In this document: positions 53,173 to 62,426 of the stretch, one piece after another
Position numbering within the stretch: the first letter of the stretch is position 1
How the letters are laid out: the number at the start of each line of letters is the position of its first letter
Assembly (NCBI GenBank): GCA_046047855.1
Contig: JBJOHF010000078.1
Coordinates: forward strand, 1,723-65,722
Direction of reading: 5' to 3'
DNA: 64,000 bases
Source of the DNA: Pseudomonadota bacterium
Lineage (GTDB): Bacteria > Pseudomonadota > Gammaproteobacteria > Burkholderiales > Burkholderiaceae_A
Program-made: the position numbers and the translations under genes
The notes under the pieces: model-generated
Told to the model about the DNA's origin: nothing
The model's input: the letters and a program-made list of their open reading frames with translations, nothing else
The model's database searches: none

Positions 53173-54526
53173 GGTGTCTGAGGTTTTCGAGAACGCTCTG
53201 CGTGAACACTTCGGCGAGCCACTCCACATGGCCCTCATGAAGAACCAGGGGAGGCATGAGGTAAACCGAAGGGCCTATCGGCCGGATCAGCAGACCTTTG
53301 CGTCGTGCGGTCTCTCGAATGCCTCGCATACGATTCGTATCAAACAAATCTGGGCTGATATCCACTGCCCAAATACTTCCTAGGTTTCTAAAGTGTCGAA
53401 TAGCCCCCATCTCAATCGCGGGCTCAAACGCCTTATAAAGCGCACAGGTAAGCTGCTGCGCAGCGACTGCTGTCTTTTGAAGAGTCTCCTCCTGCTGGAG
53501 GATCTCGAGCACAGTGAGAGCCGCTCTGCAGGCAAGCGGGTTTCCTGAGTACGAGTGTGAATGCAAAAAGCCGCGTCGAACATCAGGGTGATAAAACGCC
53601 TGATAAACCTCGCTCTGTGTGAGCACCAGGGAGAGCGGCAAGAAGCCCCCGGAAATGCCCTTTGAGAGGCAAATGAAATCCGGCCAGTCATGCGCTTGAG
53701 ACGCGCCAGAAAGCGCCTGTTCCCAGGCAAAGAACGTACCCGTTCGGCCACAGCCCACGGCGATCTCATCTGCGATCAGGTGAATCCCCCGAGCGCGCGT
53801 GAGGGCGCGCGCTCGCTTGAGGTAGGCTGCGGGATAGATCGCCATGCCTGCTGCGCCCTGAACAAGCGGCTCCAGGATCAGTGCGCAGATGGATGCCCCG
53901 TGGGTGTCGAGCGTGCGCTCTAGGGCTCGCGCAGCTTGTTCAGCCCAGACTGCCTCTGAGACCCCAGGTGGCGCAAGGCGCGGGTCTGGAGATGGCACCA
54001 AAAGCGGTTCTCGAATCAGTGAGGCATAGGCGGCACGAAAGATGGGTACGTCGGTTACCGACAATGCCCCGAGCGTCTCCCCGTGATAACTCTGGGATAG
54101 ACAGACAAACCGATTCCGCCCCGCTTGACCGCTCTCTAGCATGCTGTGAGCGCTCATCTTGAGTGCGATCTCCACAGCTGAGGCGCCATCGCTCGCAAAG
54201 AAGCAATGTCCGAGGTGGCCCTGGGTCAGGGTGCTGAGTGCCTCTGCCAAGTCGACCGCTGGCTGGTGGGTGCAGCCTGCGAGCATCACGTGGCTCAGGG
54301 TGTCGAGCTGGTCCTTGAGCGCCGAAACGATGCGGGGATGTCCATGTCCCAGGAGATTGACCCACCAAGAGCTGATGCCGTCGAAGAGCCGCTGTCCATC
54401 CTCTAGTTCAAGCCAGGGCCCAGCAGCACGCACAACCGCCAGTGGAGGATCTTGTTGTGCCTGCCACATCTGAGTGCACGGGTGCCAGATGGCTTTGAGA
54501 CTTCTCTGGGCTAGGGATTCAACCAT
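53138..54526 (-). CDS. bioA: DAPA aminotransferase
   Basis: IWHPCTQM, SSWWVN, YHGET, DEIAVG.GRTG, SKG, HSHSY.GN. Confidence 0.96.
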   Translation of the reverse strand: MVESLAQRSLKAIWHPCTQMWQAQQDPPLAVVRAAGPWLELEDGQRLFDGISSWWVNLLGHGHPRIVSALKDQLDTLSHVMLAGCTHQPAVDLAEALSTLTQGHLGHCFFASDGASAVEIALKMSAHSMLESGQAGRNRFVCLSQSYHGETLGALSVTDVPIFRAAYASLIREPLLVPSPDPRLAPPGVSEAVWAEQAARALERTLDTHGASICALILEPLVQGAAGMAIYPAAYLKRARALTRARGIHLIADEIAVGCGRTGTFFAWEQALSGASQAHDWPDFICLSKGISGGFLPLSLVLTQSEVYQAFYHPDVRRGFLHSHSYSGNPLACRAALTVLEILQQEETLQKTAVAAQQLTCALYKAFEPAIEMGAIRHFRNLGSIWAVDISPDLFDTNRMRGIRETARRKGLLIRPIGPSVYLMPPLVLHEGHVEWLAEVFTQSVLENLRHHATGPTPPTLA

Positions 54527-54561
54527 GGCGCAGAGTGTATGCTCGACGCATCATCTACGCC

Positions 54562-55551
54562 ATGACACATAACGCTCTCGCCACAGATTGGACGGCCTAT
54601 TGGGCCTCGGGTGCCTTGCACTCCTGCGTTGGATCTTTTCGCGGCAATTACGAGGGCGCCATCGCGTTATTCTGGAAATCCGCTTGGATTGACCGCATTA
54701 AGCCTCAGGATCGTGTGCTCGACCTGGGGTGCGGGAATGGTCCCCTCGCCCTCCTCCTCCTGAACGCCTCAGTGCCGTGGGGACACTATGTGGGGCTTGA
54801 CCTAGCAGCTATCTCTCCGCAATGGACCTCTCAGATCCCGGCTGAGCAAAGCGAAAGAATTCAGTTCTGCCCAAGCACATCCATGACCCATACGGCACTT
54901 CCAAGTGGTTCATTCGACTGGGTGATCTCACAGTTCGGGGTTGAGTACGCCAGCGTGACTGAGTGGGTCGCCGAGGTTGACCGTGTATCGACAGCGGCTC
55001 CGAATCTTGCATTCTTCATGCACCACTCTGAGAGCCGACTGACGCTTGCTGCTCAGGAGGAGGTCGGGCATGCAGACTGGCTCTTTTCAGAGCCGGGTCT
55101 TATGACGCGTGCGGCCGAGATGATCGAGCCCATGGCGCTCTCTCGCACGCTTTCCGGGAGAAAGCAGCTTGAACGGAGCGCGCAAGCACAGCGTGCCCGA
55201 GATCGCTTCAATCAAGTTCAGGACGACCTCAACCTCAGGATTGCCGGTTCATCGGTCCCTGACCTGCTGTTTCAGGCGCGCGAGGCCTGCGCTCAGATAT
55301 TGACGATTGCCCAGACGCAGGGGAGCGCCCCTGCCAGACAGGCATGGGAGACTTGGCGCAAGTCGAGCCGGGAGGCGAGAGCGCGTCAGGCGGAGCTCAT
55401 TGCCGCAGCCCAGAGCCATGAGGCCGTCTCCGAGCTAGAGAGTCGGCTCAAATCGCTGCGTCCTGGCCTGCATTCCCACCTGGCAGCCATCTCTGAGGGA
55501 CGGTATCTTCTGGGATGGGGCCTCTCTCTTTACCCACAAAGGAGTTCATGA
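54562..55551 (+). CDS. Class I SAM-dependent methyltransferase
   Basis: VLDLGCGNG motif [13 protein letters not shown]. Confidence 0.85.
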   Translation: MTHNALATDWTAYWASGALHSCVGSFRGNYEGAIALFWKSAWIDRIKPQDRVLDLGCGNGPLALLLLNASVPWGHYVGLDLAAISPQWTSQIPAEQSERIQFCPSTSMTHTALPSGSFDWVISQFGVEYASVTEWVAEVDRVSTAAPNLAFFMHHSESRLTLAAQEEVGHADWLFSEPGLMTRAAEMIEPMALSRTLSGRKQLERSAQAQRARDRFNQVQDDLNLRIAGSSVPDLLFQAREACAQILTIAQTQGSAPARQAWETWRKSSREARARQAELIAAAQSHEAVSELESRLKSLRPGLHSHLAAISEGRYLLGWGLSLYPQRSS

Positions 55552-55979
55552 GTATGTCCACCGTCTCACATCCGTTTCACCTGGCCTTTCCCGTCGATGA
55601 CCTTCAGGAGGCGCGTGCATTTTATGGTGGGCTGCTTGGCTGCGCAGAGGGCCGCAGTTCTGATGAGTGGATCGACTTCAATTTCTATGGCCACCAGATC
55701 GTGGCCCACTTGGCGCATGGGGAAGCATCTAACGACATCTGCTCGGATGTCGATGGCAAAAAGGTACCGGTCAGGCATTTCGGAATGGTGCTCTCCATGC
55801 CAGAGTGGCAACAAATGGCAGATCGGCTCAAGGCGGCAGGGGTTCAATTTGTCATCGAACCATACATCCGATTTAAGGGCGAAGTGGGTGAGCAGGCGAC
55901 CATGTTCTTTCTCGACCCATCGGGTAATGCCATTGAGTTTAAGGCGATGGCGGACCCCTCAAGACTGTTTGCAAAATAG
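55548..55979 (+). CDS. VOC/glyoxalase family protein
   Basis: [28 protein letters not shown]; ATGA overlap with methyltransferase. Confidence 0.92.
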   Translation: MSMSTVSHPFHLAFPVDDLQEARAFYGGLLGCAEGRSSDEWIDFNFYGHQIVAHLAHGEASNDICSDVDGKKVPVRHFGMVLSMPEWQQMADRLKAAGVQFVIEPYIRFKGEVGEQATMFFLDPSGNAIEFKAMADPSRLFAK

Positions 55980-55997
55980 CTTGCGAGGGGCTCGCAG

Positions 55998-57092
55998 ATG
56001 CCGGATCGACTGCCAACAAGCGCCCCAATCGCACAGCGCATAGAGCGGCTCTTTGAGTTAGCCCGGCGCCACGGAGAGGCCTTCGCCGGGCCTGAGGCCA
56101 GTCTCGCTCGGGAGCGGTACTTGGCTCAGCACCCAACGGCAGTGCTGGTCCTCAAGTGCATGGACGGCCGCATCAATCTCTCAGTAGCCACACAAACGCC
56201 TGCAGGTATTCTCATGCCCTTTCGAAATCTCGGGGGTATGTTTGATTTGGGCTGGCCGCATCTTGGGGAGGTGCTTCATAACCAAGTCATGCGTATGGTG
56301 CATCAAGGGCGTCGTGTCCTTTTGCTCATCACCTATCACTTCTCTCGTGGAGAACCACTCAGAGGCTGTGCTGGATTTCAATATGACCGCGCTGCGAGCA
56401 TGCGCCATACCTGGCAGATACGACAGCAGGTGCAGAGCATTTTTGGTTCGGATCATCAAACCGTGTACCCCGTGGTGTGTGGTTTTGAGACCGACGAGGA
56501 CGCCCTCTTGATTCATGGCCATTCAGATGATGCGGTGCTCGATGTTTCCACCCTAGTGGACGGAAACCCAGACTCGCTGCGCCAGCAGATATCCAGGCTG
56601 TTTCCGGAGATGCCATTGGCAATGCAGAATGACCTGTTGCCCCTGCTGGAGGGGAATGTCACACACGTCGCGCAGACCCGCGAACTGAATGCTCGCCAAG
56701 CCCGTACGCTCGACATCGAGCATCGCGAGTGGGTCATTTGTCTGGGCCGTGGTTTTGACTGGCTACACACGCCCAACCTTGCCTTGATCATTGGCCCCTA
56801 CAGCCCAGACCTGGCCCACCCAATCCGCACCGCGGCGAGCATCATTGAGTCGAATATGGCCGCTGGCCGCATTCCGAATGATGGCTTCCTATTGCTTGCC
56901 TCGGTCCCTTTTGAGGATGCTGGTGCAGATCGCGCCAGGGCGGAGGTCAAGGCCCAGTTTCTCTCCTCCTTTGCAGCGCAGACGATTGAGCAAGCAAATC
57001 CCGAACTGGCCAAGAAAATGTCGGTCTGCACAGCCGTGTTGGATTGGAGAGTGCGACGGCTGGAGCGTCTCTCCGTTCACACAGCGCCTTAA
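55998..57092 (+). CDS. CsoSCA-like beta-class carbonic anhydrase
   Basis: KCMDGR, RNLGG and YHFSRGEPLRGCAG (Cys...His-x9-Cys zinc set, long spacing as in carboxysomal CsoSCA). Confidence 0.7.
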   Translation: MPDRLPTSAPIAQRIERLFELARRHGEAFAGPEASLARERYLAQHPTAVLVLKCMDGRINLSVATQTPAGILMPFRNLGGMFDLGWPHLGEVLHNQVMRMVHQGRRVLLLITYHFSRGEPLRGCAGFQYDRAASMRHTWQIRQQVQSIFGSDHQTVYPVVCGFETDEDALLIHGHSDDAVLDVSTLVDGNPDSLRQQISRLFPEMPLAMQNDLLPLLEGNVTHVAQTRELNARQARTLDIEHREWVICLGRGFDWLHTPNLALIIGPYSPDLAHPIRTAASIIESNMAAGRIPNDGFLLLASVPFEDAGADRARAEVKAQFLSSFAAQTIEQANPELAKKMSVCTAVLDWRVRRLERLSVHTAP

Positions 57093-57098
57093 GCCCAC

Positions 57099-58580
57099 AT
57101 GCAAGAGACCCTTGACCTGCTCGGTGGCTCGATACTTCTTGGAGCACTGCTGGTTCTGGTGAGCATTCTGCTCGGGCAATTTACGGCCAAAACCGGTTTT
57201 CCCATGCTGCTCATTTTTTTGGTGATTGGCATGCTTGCGGGAGAGGATGGACCGGGGCGAGTGGAGTTTAATGACTACGCGCTAAGTTTTTGGCTCGGCA
57301 ATATCGCGCTTGCCGTCATTCTGCTCGATGGTGGATTGAGAACCCAGTTCTCCATGTTTCGCGTGGCGCTTAAACCTGCCGCAATGCTCGCGACCTTCGG
57401 CGTGCTGTTGACCTGCGGCATGCTGACCCTCGCAGGTCACTTTCTGATGGGGCTCAGCTGGACGAGCGCATTCCTCTTTGGTGCGATTGTTTCCTCCACA
57501 GATGCAGCTGCAGTGTTTGCGTTACTCAATGGCAGTGGCCTGCGGTTGAATGAAAGGGTGTTGACCACCCTCGAGGTAGAGTCTGGCCTGAACGACCCGA
57601 TGGCGGTCTTCCTCACGCTCGTGGCCATTCTTGTCGCATCGGCCTCCTTAAATTCCGCCGTTGCCCAGTTCGATATTCTTGGACTCTCTCTCATGGCCAT
57701 CCAGCAGATTGGGGTGGGTCTCATTGTTCCTGTCATCAGTGCATACGCCTTTCGTGCACTGATTCGAATCCTGAGAATTGAGGCCTCGCACAATCATGGG
57801 CTGAATGCGTTGCTTCTGATTGCAGCTGGCCTTACGGTTTTCGGACTCTCAACGATGCTTGAGGGGTCGGGATTTCTCTCAATCTACGTTTTTGGCGTCT
57901 TGCTGGCTGACTTAAAGGGTCGCTTCGTTCGAACCGTGATTCCCGCAATGGATGGCCTGGCATGGCTTTTTCAAGCATCTATGTTTTTGTTATTGGGCCT
58001 TTTGGTTATGCCATCAGAGGTCATCAAGATGGCCATCCCAGGCCTGGTGCTTGCACTCATGCTCATGTTTGTCATTCGGCCACTCGCAGTCTGGGCGTGT
58101 CTGGTGCCGTTCAAGTTCACCTTGCGCGAAATTGGATTTGTGGCCTGGGTTGGGCTGAGGGGGGCAGTACCCATTATCTTGGCCTTGTTCCCCATCATGG
58201 CTGGTGTCGATCCGGGGCATGAGATGTTGAGTCTTGCGTTTATGGCTGTGCTTTTGTCGCTGCTGATTCAAGGGGTATCCCTCTCGCACGTGGCGCGTGC
58301 ACTTGGCATGGTCCTGCCTGACGCAGACGATCGAAAGGCCAGCAGAAAGGTTTTCGGCGACTTTATGCTCGATGGGGCTGCGCCAGCTCAGGACGTGGCC
58401 GATTTCTATGGCTTAAAGCTAGATTCAAGGCCCGGACAGACCATGGCTGATTGGTTGGCTCAAGCCTTGGATAAGCCTCCGGTTGTGGGAGATGAGTTTG
58501 ATATCTCTGGCCATGCGCTCATGGTGAGCGAGATGGACGGCGGGCGCATTACCAAGGTGGGTGTGCGGCCAATCCACTGA
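57099..58580 (+). CDS. K+/H+ antiporter NhaP2/CvrA
   Basis: GMLAGEDG, STDAAAVF, ESGLNDP, GLRGAVPI, C-terminal CorC-like domain. Confidence 0.92.
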   Translation: MQETLDLLGGSILLGALLVLVSILLGQFTAKTGFPMLLIFLVIGMLAGEDGPGRVEFNDYALSFWLGNIALAVILLDGGLRTQFSMFRVALKPAAMLATFGVLLTCGMLTLAGHFLMGLSWTSAFLFGAIVSSTDAAAVFALLNGSGLRLNERVLTTLEVESGLNDPMAVFLTLVAILVASASLNSAVAQFDILGLSLMAIQQIGVGLIVPVISAYAFRALIRILRIEASHNHGLNALLLIAAGLTVFGLSTMLEGSGFLSIYVFGVLLADLKGRFVRTVIPAMDGLAWLFQASMFLLLGLLVMPSEVIKMAIPGLVLALMLMFVIRPLAVWACLVPFKFTLREIGFVAWVGLRGAVPIILALFPIMAGVDPGHEMLSLAFMAVLLSLLIQGVSLSHVARALGMVLPDADDRKASRKVFGDFMLDGAAPAQDVADFYGLKLDSRPGQTMADWLAQALDKPPVVGDEFDISGHALMVSEMDGGRITKVGVRPIH

Positions 58581-58634
58581 CTTGAAGCCTTGGGGGCTTT
58601 CCGCAATGTGCCAACCAGTGGTAAAACAGGGGCT

Positions 58635-59015
58635 ATGGCAGAGACGGAAGCAAGTGCTGACAATCTTTTCGACAAGTACGGTGGTGTGAAAGGCCTCACA
58701 CAGGTCGTACAGGTGTTCTATCAGCGGGTGATGAGCCGCCCCAACCTATCTCGCTATTTCACCGATGTCGATATGGATGCGCTTATTGGGCACCAAATTA
58801 AATACTTCGCATGGGCGTTGGGAAAGCCTGCGGCGGTCTATGAGGGGGCTGACATGCGCGAAGCACACGCAAAATCGGGCATCACAAAGGCCTCGTTCGA
58901 AGAGGTGGCAAGCATTCTGGCCGATACCCTTCGCGACCATGAGGTCATTGAGGAGGATGTGCAGACCATCCTCACGCGAATTGGCATGATGGAGACCGAC
59001 ATCGTCTCTCGCTAG
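58635..59015 (+). CDS. Group I truncated (2/2) hemoglobin
   Basis: LFDKYGG, FYQRV, YEGADMREAH proximal His. Confidence 0.88.
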   Translation: MAETEASADNLFDKYGGVKGLTQVVQVFYQRVMSRPNLSRYFTDVDMDALIGHQIKYFAWALGKPAAVYEGADMREAHAKSGITKASFEEVASILADTLRDHEVIEEDVQTILTRIGMMETDIVSR

Positions 59016-59022
59016 CCTAAAC

Positions 59023-59238
59023 ATGCCCAGACCAGATTCCCCTTGTATTGCAATATGTTCAACCGCCCAGGGCGACGATCTCTGTCAAGGCTGCGGCCGC
59101 ACCTTCGAAGAGATCAGTCAGTGGATCTTTATGAGTCAAGCGCAGAAGGACAAGGTCTGGGACCGAATCGACTCAGAGCGCACGGCGCTTCGCTACACCA
59201 CCTACAAAGAACGTGCCCTTGAACGGCAGAGCAGCTAG
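59023..59238 (+). CDS. DUF1289 Cys-rich small protein
   Basis: SPCIAIC...CQGCGRT..EI..W. Confidence 0.88.
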   Translation: MPRPDSPCIAICSTAQGDDLCQGCGRTFEEISQWIFMSQAQKDKVWDRIDSERTALRYTTYKERALERQSS

Positions 59239-59247
59239 GCTCAAGCG

Positions 59248-59976
59248 CTAGTTCATTGCGAGATCTCGCAGCCTGGCAGGGTCAAGAAGGTTGGCAACTG
59301 GGCTCATCCTGCTCGGTAGCTCGATCACTCCCGACCGATGAAGGCCATTTAACTTGCGACTCACTGTCTCTAGCGTGAGGCCTAACATGGCTCCCATCTC
59401 TTCGCGCTTGAACAGGTAAGCCTGCATAGATTGGTCTTGCGCACTCGAGGGCGACACCTGCATTTTCAATAGATAGCGGGCAACACGTTGCTCTGCAGTG
59501 CCTGTGTTGAGTTCAGCAAACCATGTCTCAGCCTCGCGTAGTGTCTCTGCCCACTTTCCCATGAGGTTTGTATGAAGATCAGGTGATTCGCGATCGAGCT
59601 GCTCAACCAGCGCGATAGGGATCCTACATACGGACAGGGGGGTCAAGGCGGTTGCAATCTGGCCATAGACCCTGGTGCTCATCGCATCGAGCCCACATAG
59701 GCCTCCGGAGCGCATGACACGCAGAATCTTCTCCTCCCCGGCCGGGCTGATGAGGGAGAGTTTGACCAGACCAGAGCGGATTGTGAAGACGTGCGAAGCC
59801 TGCTCTCCTTGATCAAAGAGCCTCGCGCCGGCAGCGATATCGAGATCGTCGATTTGGTGATGAACCTTGGAAAAGTCCTGCTCCGAAAGGTTTGCAAAGA
59901 GCGCGGACTGACGAATGCCGCACGACTGACAGTCGCTGTGGCCATTCCAGGCCGCTCGAATCTGGAAGGTACGCAT
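59248..59976 (-). CDS. Crp/Fnr family transcriptional regulator
   Basis: N-terminal CQSC, cNMP-binding fold, HTH LGLTLETVSR. Confidence 0.92.
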   Translation of the reverse strand: MRTFQIRAAWNGHSDCQSCGIRQSALFANLSEQDFSKVHHQIDDLDIAAGARLFDQGEQASHVFTIRSGLVKLSLISPAGEEKILRVMRSGGLCGLDAMSTRVYGQIATALTPLSVCRIPIALVEQLDRESPDLHTNLMGKWAETLREAETWFAELNTGTAEQRVARYLLKMQVSPSSAQDQSMQAYLFKREEMGAMLGLTLETVSRKLNGLHRSGVIELPSRMSPVANLLDPARLRDLAMN

Positions 59977-60169
59977 GTGAAAATTATTGACTGAATCAAC
60001 AGTTTTTTGACGAATGACCTGATGCTGCTGAGGCGAAGCGTAATGAGTCCCGCGAGGTGGCCATTGCCGCGTCGATAGCGCTTCTCAAATGGCCTAGGAC
60101 GAGAGCCCACTGCTCGTATTGCACTAGCAAAGACAGACTTCTGCTTCTTTCCCGAAACAGGAGTCACTT

Positions 60170-60433
60170 ATGAAGCGTTTCTCGATGCGCCGCCCCTCTG
60201 GTCAGGGTATGACGGAGTACATCGTTGTGGTTGCTGTCGTTGCTGTTGCAGCGATCGGTGTGTACAGCTTACTGGGCCAGACGATTCGCAATCAGACAGC
60301 TGGTATTGCACAAGAAATCGCTGGAAATGATGGTGGCGCAGCGTTGAGCGCTGCAAGCACCAGCGCGAACTCTGCCCGCCTCCAAGCGAATAATCGAAAA
60401 GACCTCTCAAACTACAACGACGACAACCACTGA
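60170..60433 (+). CDS. Flp-type (type IVc) prepilin
   Basis: GQG|MTEY cleavage motif followed by hydrophobic helix; AGGAG SD. Confidence 0.88.
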   Translation: MKRFSMRRPSGQGMTEYIVVVAVVAVAAIGVYSLLGQTIRNQTAGIAQEIAGNDGGAALSAASTSANSARLQANNRKDLSNYNDDNH

Positions 60434-61755
60434 TGCGTCGTGAACCCAAGGGCTCTGTGCTTGTGACTGGTCTCGGCCTGACCTTTCTCATGGCGCTTGC
60501 ACTCTTAGTCTATTTGAGTATGTCTGGTGTATTGCACGACCGACAGCGCGGGCAGCATCTTGCGGATATGGCCGCCCTGTCGGTTGCGTCTTGGCAAGCG
60601 CAGACGCTCAATTATCAGGCTTATGCGAATCGAGCCATTATTGCCAATGAGCTCATGATTGCTCAGACGCTCAGCATGTTGAGTTACGTGCAACATGTGG
60701 AGAGTCTTACCGATCAGGCTGCAACCTTGGCATCGCTTTGGCCCGGCTTTCGGGAGATCGCCCAGACCCTCAACGCCACAGCCAAGGCTACCCGAGAGGT
60801 GGCGCATTTTGCGACACAGGCAGAGATTCCTTTTCGCAGCGCGTACACCCATGCATTGATGGCATCACAAGTTGCGATGCATCGCGCACTGACACCCTTT
60901 GCTGCACAAGCATTGGTAAATGAAGTCGTATGGTCTGCTGACAAGCGTTACTTCGGCCAAACGGTCCCAGTACCCACCAATCCCTCGTTCTATTGGTCTA
61001 TCGAGACCTCGACGGATCTACAGATGAACAAAAACGCCAAATTCATACAGGCGTCTCTTGAGCAGTACAGTCAAGACCGTGGCTTTGATCAGGCTGCTTG
61101 GTTCTTCCCGAACATCGGATGTGTCCCGAGACAGGCAAGCCACCTGCTGGGGAGACTCGTTCGAGAGGGAACGACCATGCTGAGCCACGATCATTCCGCG
61201 TGGGTCTCAAATGACTCACTCTCCTTGCACCGTTGGCGCGCGAGCGGATGGTTTGGGCTCTGTCGTGGCACGCGCGAGCTCTGGCCTCTCTCGTGGGGGA
61301 AGGCTGAAGCGACGTCAGCTGCAGTTGGATATTCGCCACCTGGCGGAGGCACTCGCAATCCTCAAGCGACCAGCCGAGCAAACCAGTCATCTGATCGAAT
61401 TCAAGGCTACTTGGGTCTCGCCCGTTTACACCATCTCTCCCCTGGTGCGGGAGCAGTCTCGCAGACCTTTCGGGTACCTGTGGTCGTGCGCCTACAAGAA
61501 GAGAAGTCCCATGCACTACAGCGGCTAAGACAGTTCTCGAATATTGCAGGTTCCTCACAGGAAATTCCCAGCTCACTCTGGGCACTTTCAATTGGTTTGA
61601 CGGAGTTTCGAGCACCGAGAGGGGAGCAGCAAAGCTTGTCTGTTGCGAATGGAACAACCCACCTCTATCCCTTTTGGCATGCACGACTAGACCATCCAAC
61701 TCGATCTGAGTTAATCGCGACGCAGGTTACACAAGGCGTAGGAGACGCGCTGTGA
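60433..61755 (+). CDS. TadG-like pilus assembly protein
   Basis: KG|SVLV plus TM, ADMAALS, NYQAYANRAIIANE; coupled to pilin. Confidence 0.72.
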   Translation: MRREPKGSVLVTGLGLTFLMALALLVYLSMSGVLHDRQRGQHLADMAALSVASWQAQTLNYQAYANRAIIANELMIAQTLSMLSYVQHVESLTDQAATLASLWPGFREIAQTLNATAKATREVAHFATQAEIPFRSAYTHALMASQVAMHRALTPFAAQALVNEVVWSADKRYFGQTVPVPTNPSFYWSIETSTDLQMNKNAKFIQASLEQYSQDRGFDQAAWFFPNIGCVPRQASHLLGRLVREGTTMLSHDHSAWVSNDSLSLHRWRASGWFGLCRGTRELWPLSWGKAEATSAAVGYSPPGGGTRNPQATSRANQSSDRIQGYLGLARLHHLSPGAGAVSQTFRVPVVVRLQEEKSHALQRLRQFSNIAGSSQEIPSSLWALSIGLTEFRAPRGEQQSLSVANGTTHLYPFWHARLDHPTRSELIATQVTQGVGDAL

Positions 61756-62426
61756 ACAAGCTCAAGTCCCCACCTCACGGTCAGGCGCTCATTGAGGTTC
61801 TACTGGTCGGATCTCTCCTTGTTGGATGTTTGGCTTTGCTCGCCGCCGGTCAGGAGTGGGCGGAGCAGAGGGCAAAGAGTGCAGAGGCCATCCGGCTGCA
61901 TGCTGAATGGTGCCGGCAATCGCTGCAGCAGTGTCGATCAGAAGATATTCAGGCATTGTTGCCCGCAGGGGCAACGCTTTCCGGGCATGTAATCCAACAG
62001 CAGCACGCCAATGCAACGACATTAAAGGACTGGGCAGCCTCGCTCCGTAGCTTTGCTGCACTCGGAGGGCAAAAGATTTTTGGGCTGCCTGATGGGAGTC
62101 CCCTTACTTTGGTGGAGGCCCAAATCCGCCTGCCCGAAGTAGGCCTATTCGGTAAGTCATTGCCCGAAACCCTCCGACTGGCCATGGTTCCTCATGACTG
62201 GCGATCGGTGAGTGCATCCGAAGGTGCAAATCGAGTCAGACATGGGTCAGAGCCCTCAGATGCATTGATCGCTGCCGTGAGTGCAGCGCACGCCCCCTCC
62301 ATATCCGTATTAATGCCGCTCACGGACATGTTGGGGCTCGATATGCATACATCTTCAATTAGGCAAAGCTTTCACAAGCTTGACCCCCTGAGACCTGCCC
62401 AGGCGCTCGCGGAGCATCACCCATGA
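61752..62426 (+). CDS. TadE-like pseudopilin
   Basis: HG|QALIE prepilin motif plus TM. Confidence 0.65.
   Translation: MNKLKSPPHGQALIEVLLVGSLLVGCLALLAAGQEWAEQRAKSAEAIRLHAEWCRQSLQQCRSEDIQALLPAGATLSGHVIQQQHANATTLKDWAASLRSFAALGGQKIFGLPDGSPLTLVEAQIRLPEVGLFGKSLPETLRLAMVPHDWRSVSASEGANRVRHGSEPSDALIAAVSAAHAPSISVLMPLTDMLGLDMHTSSIRQSFHKLDPLRPAQALAEHHP

Noticed and set aside
54527-54561. BirA/BioR operator at the bio promoter
   Set aside because: No TGTAAACC...GGTTTACA or TTATxxATAA-like palindrome visible
59987-59999. Canonical FNR box
   Set aside because: TTGACTGAATCAA is 13 bp; the consensus TTGAT-N4-ATCAA is 14 bp, so not called as a feature
60040-60105. Hammerhead-ribozyme-like TAATGA-GTCC...GGAC-GAGA
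   Set aside because: Core deviates from CTGANGA/GAAA and I could not build stems I and III
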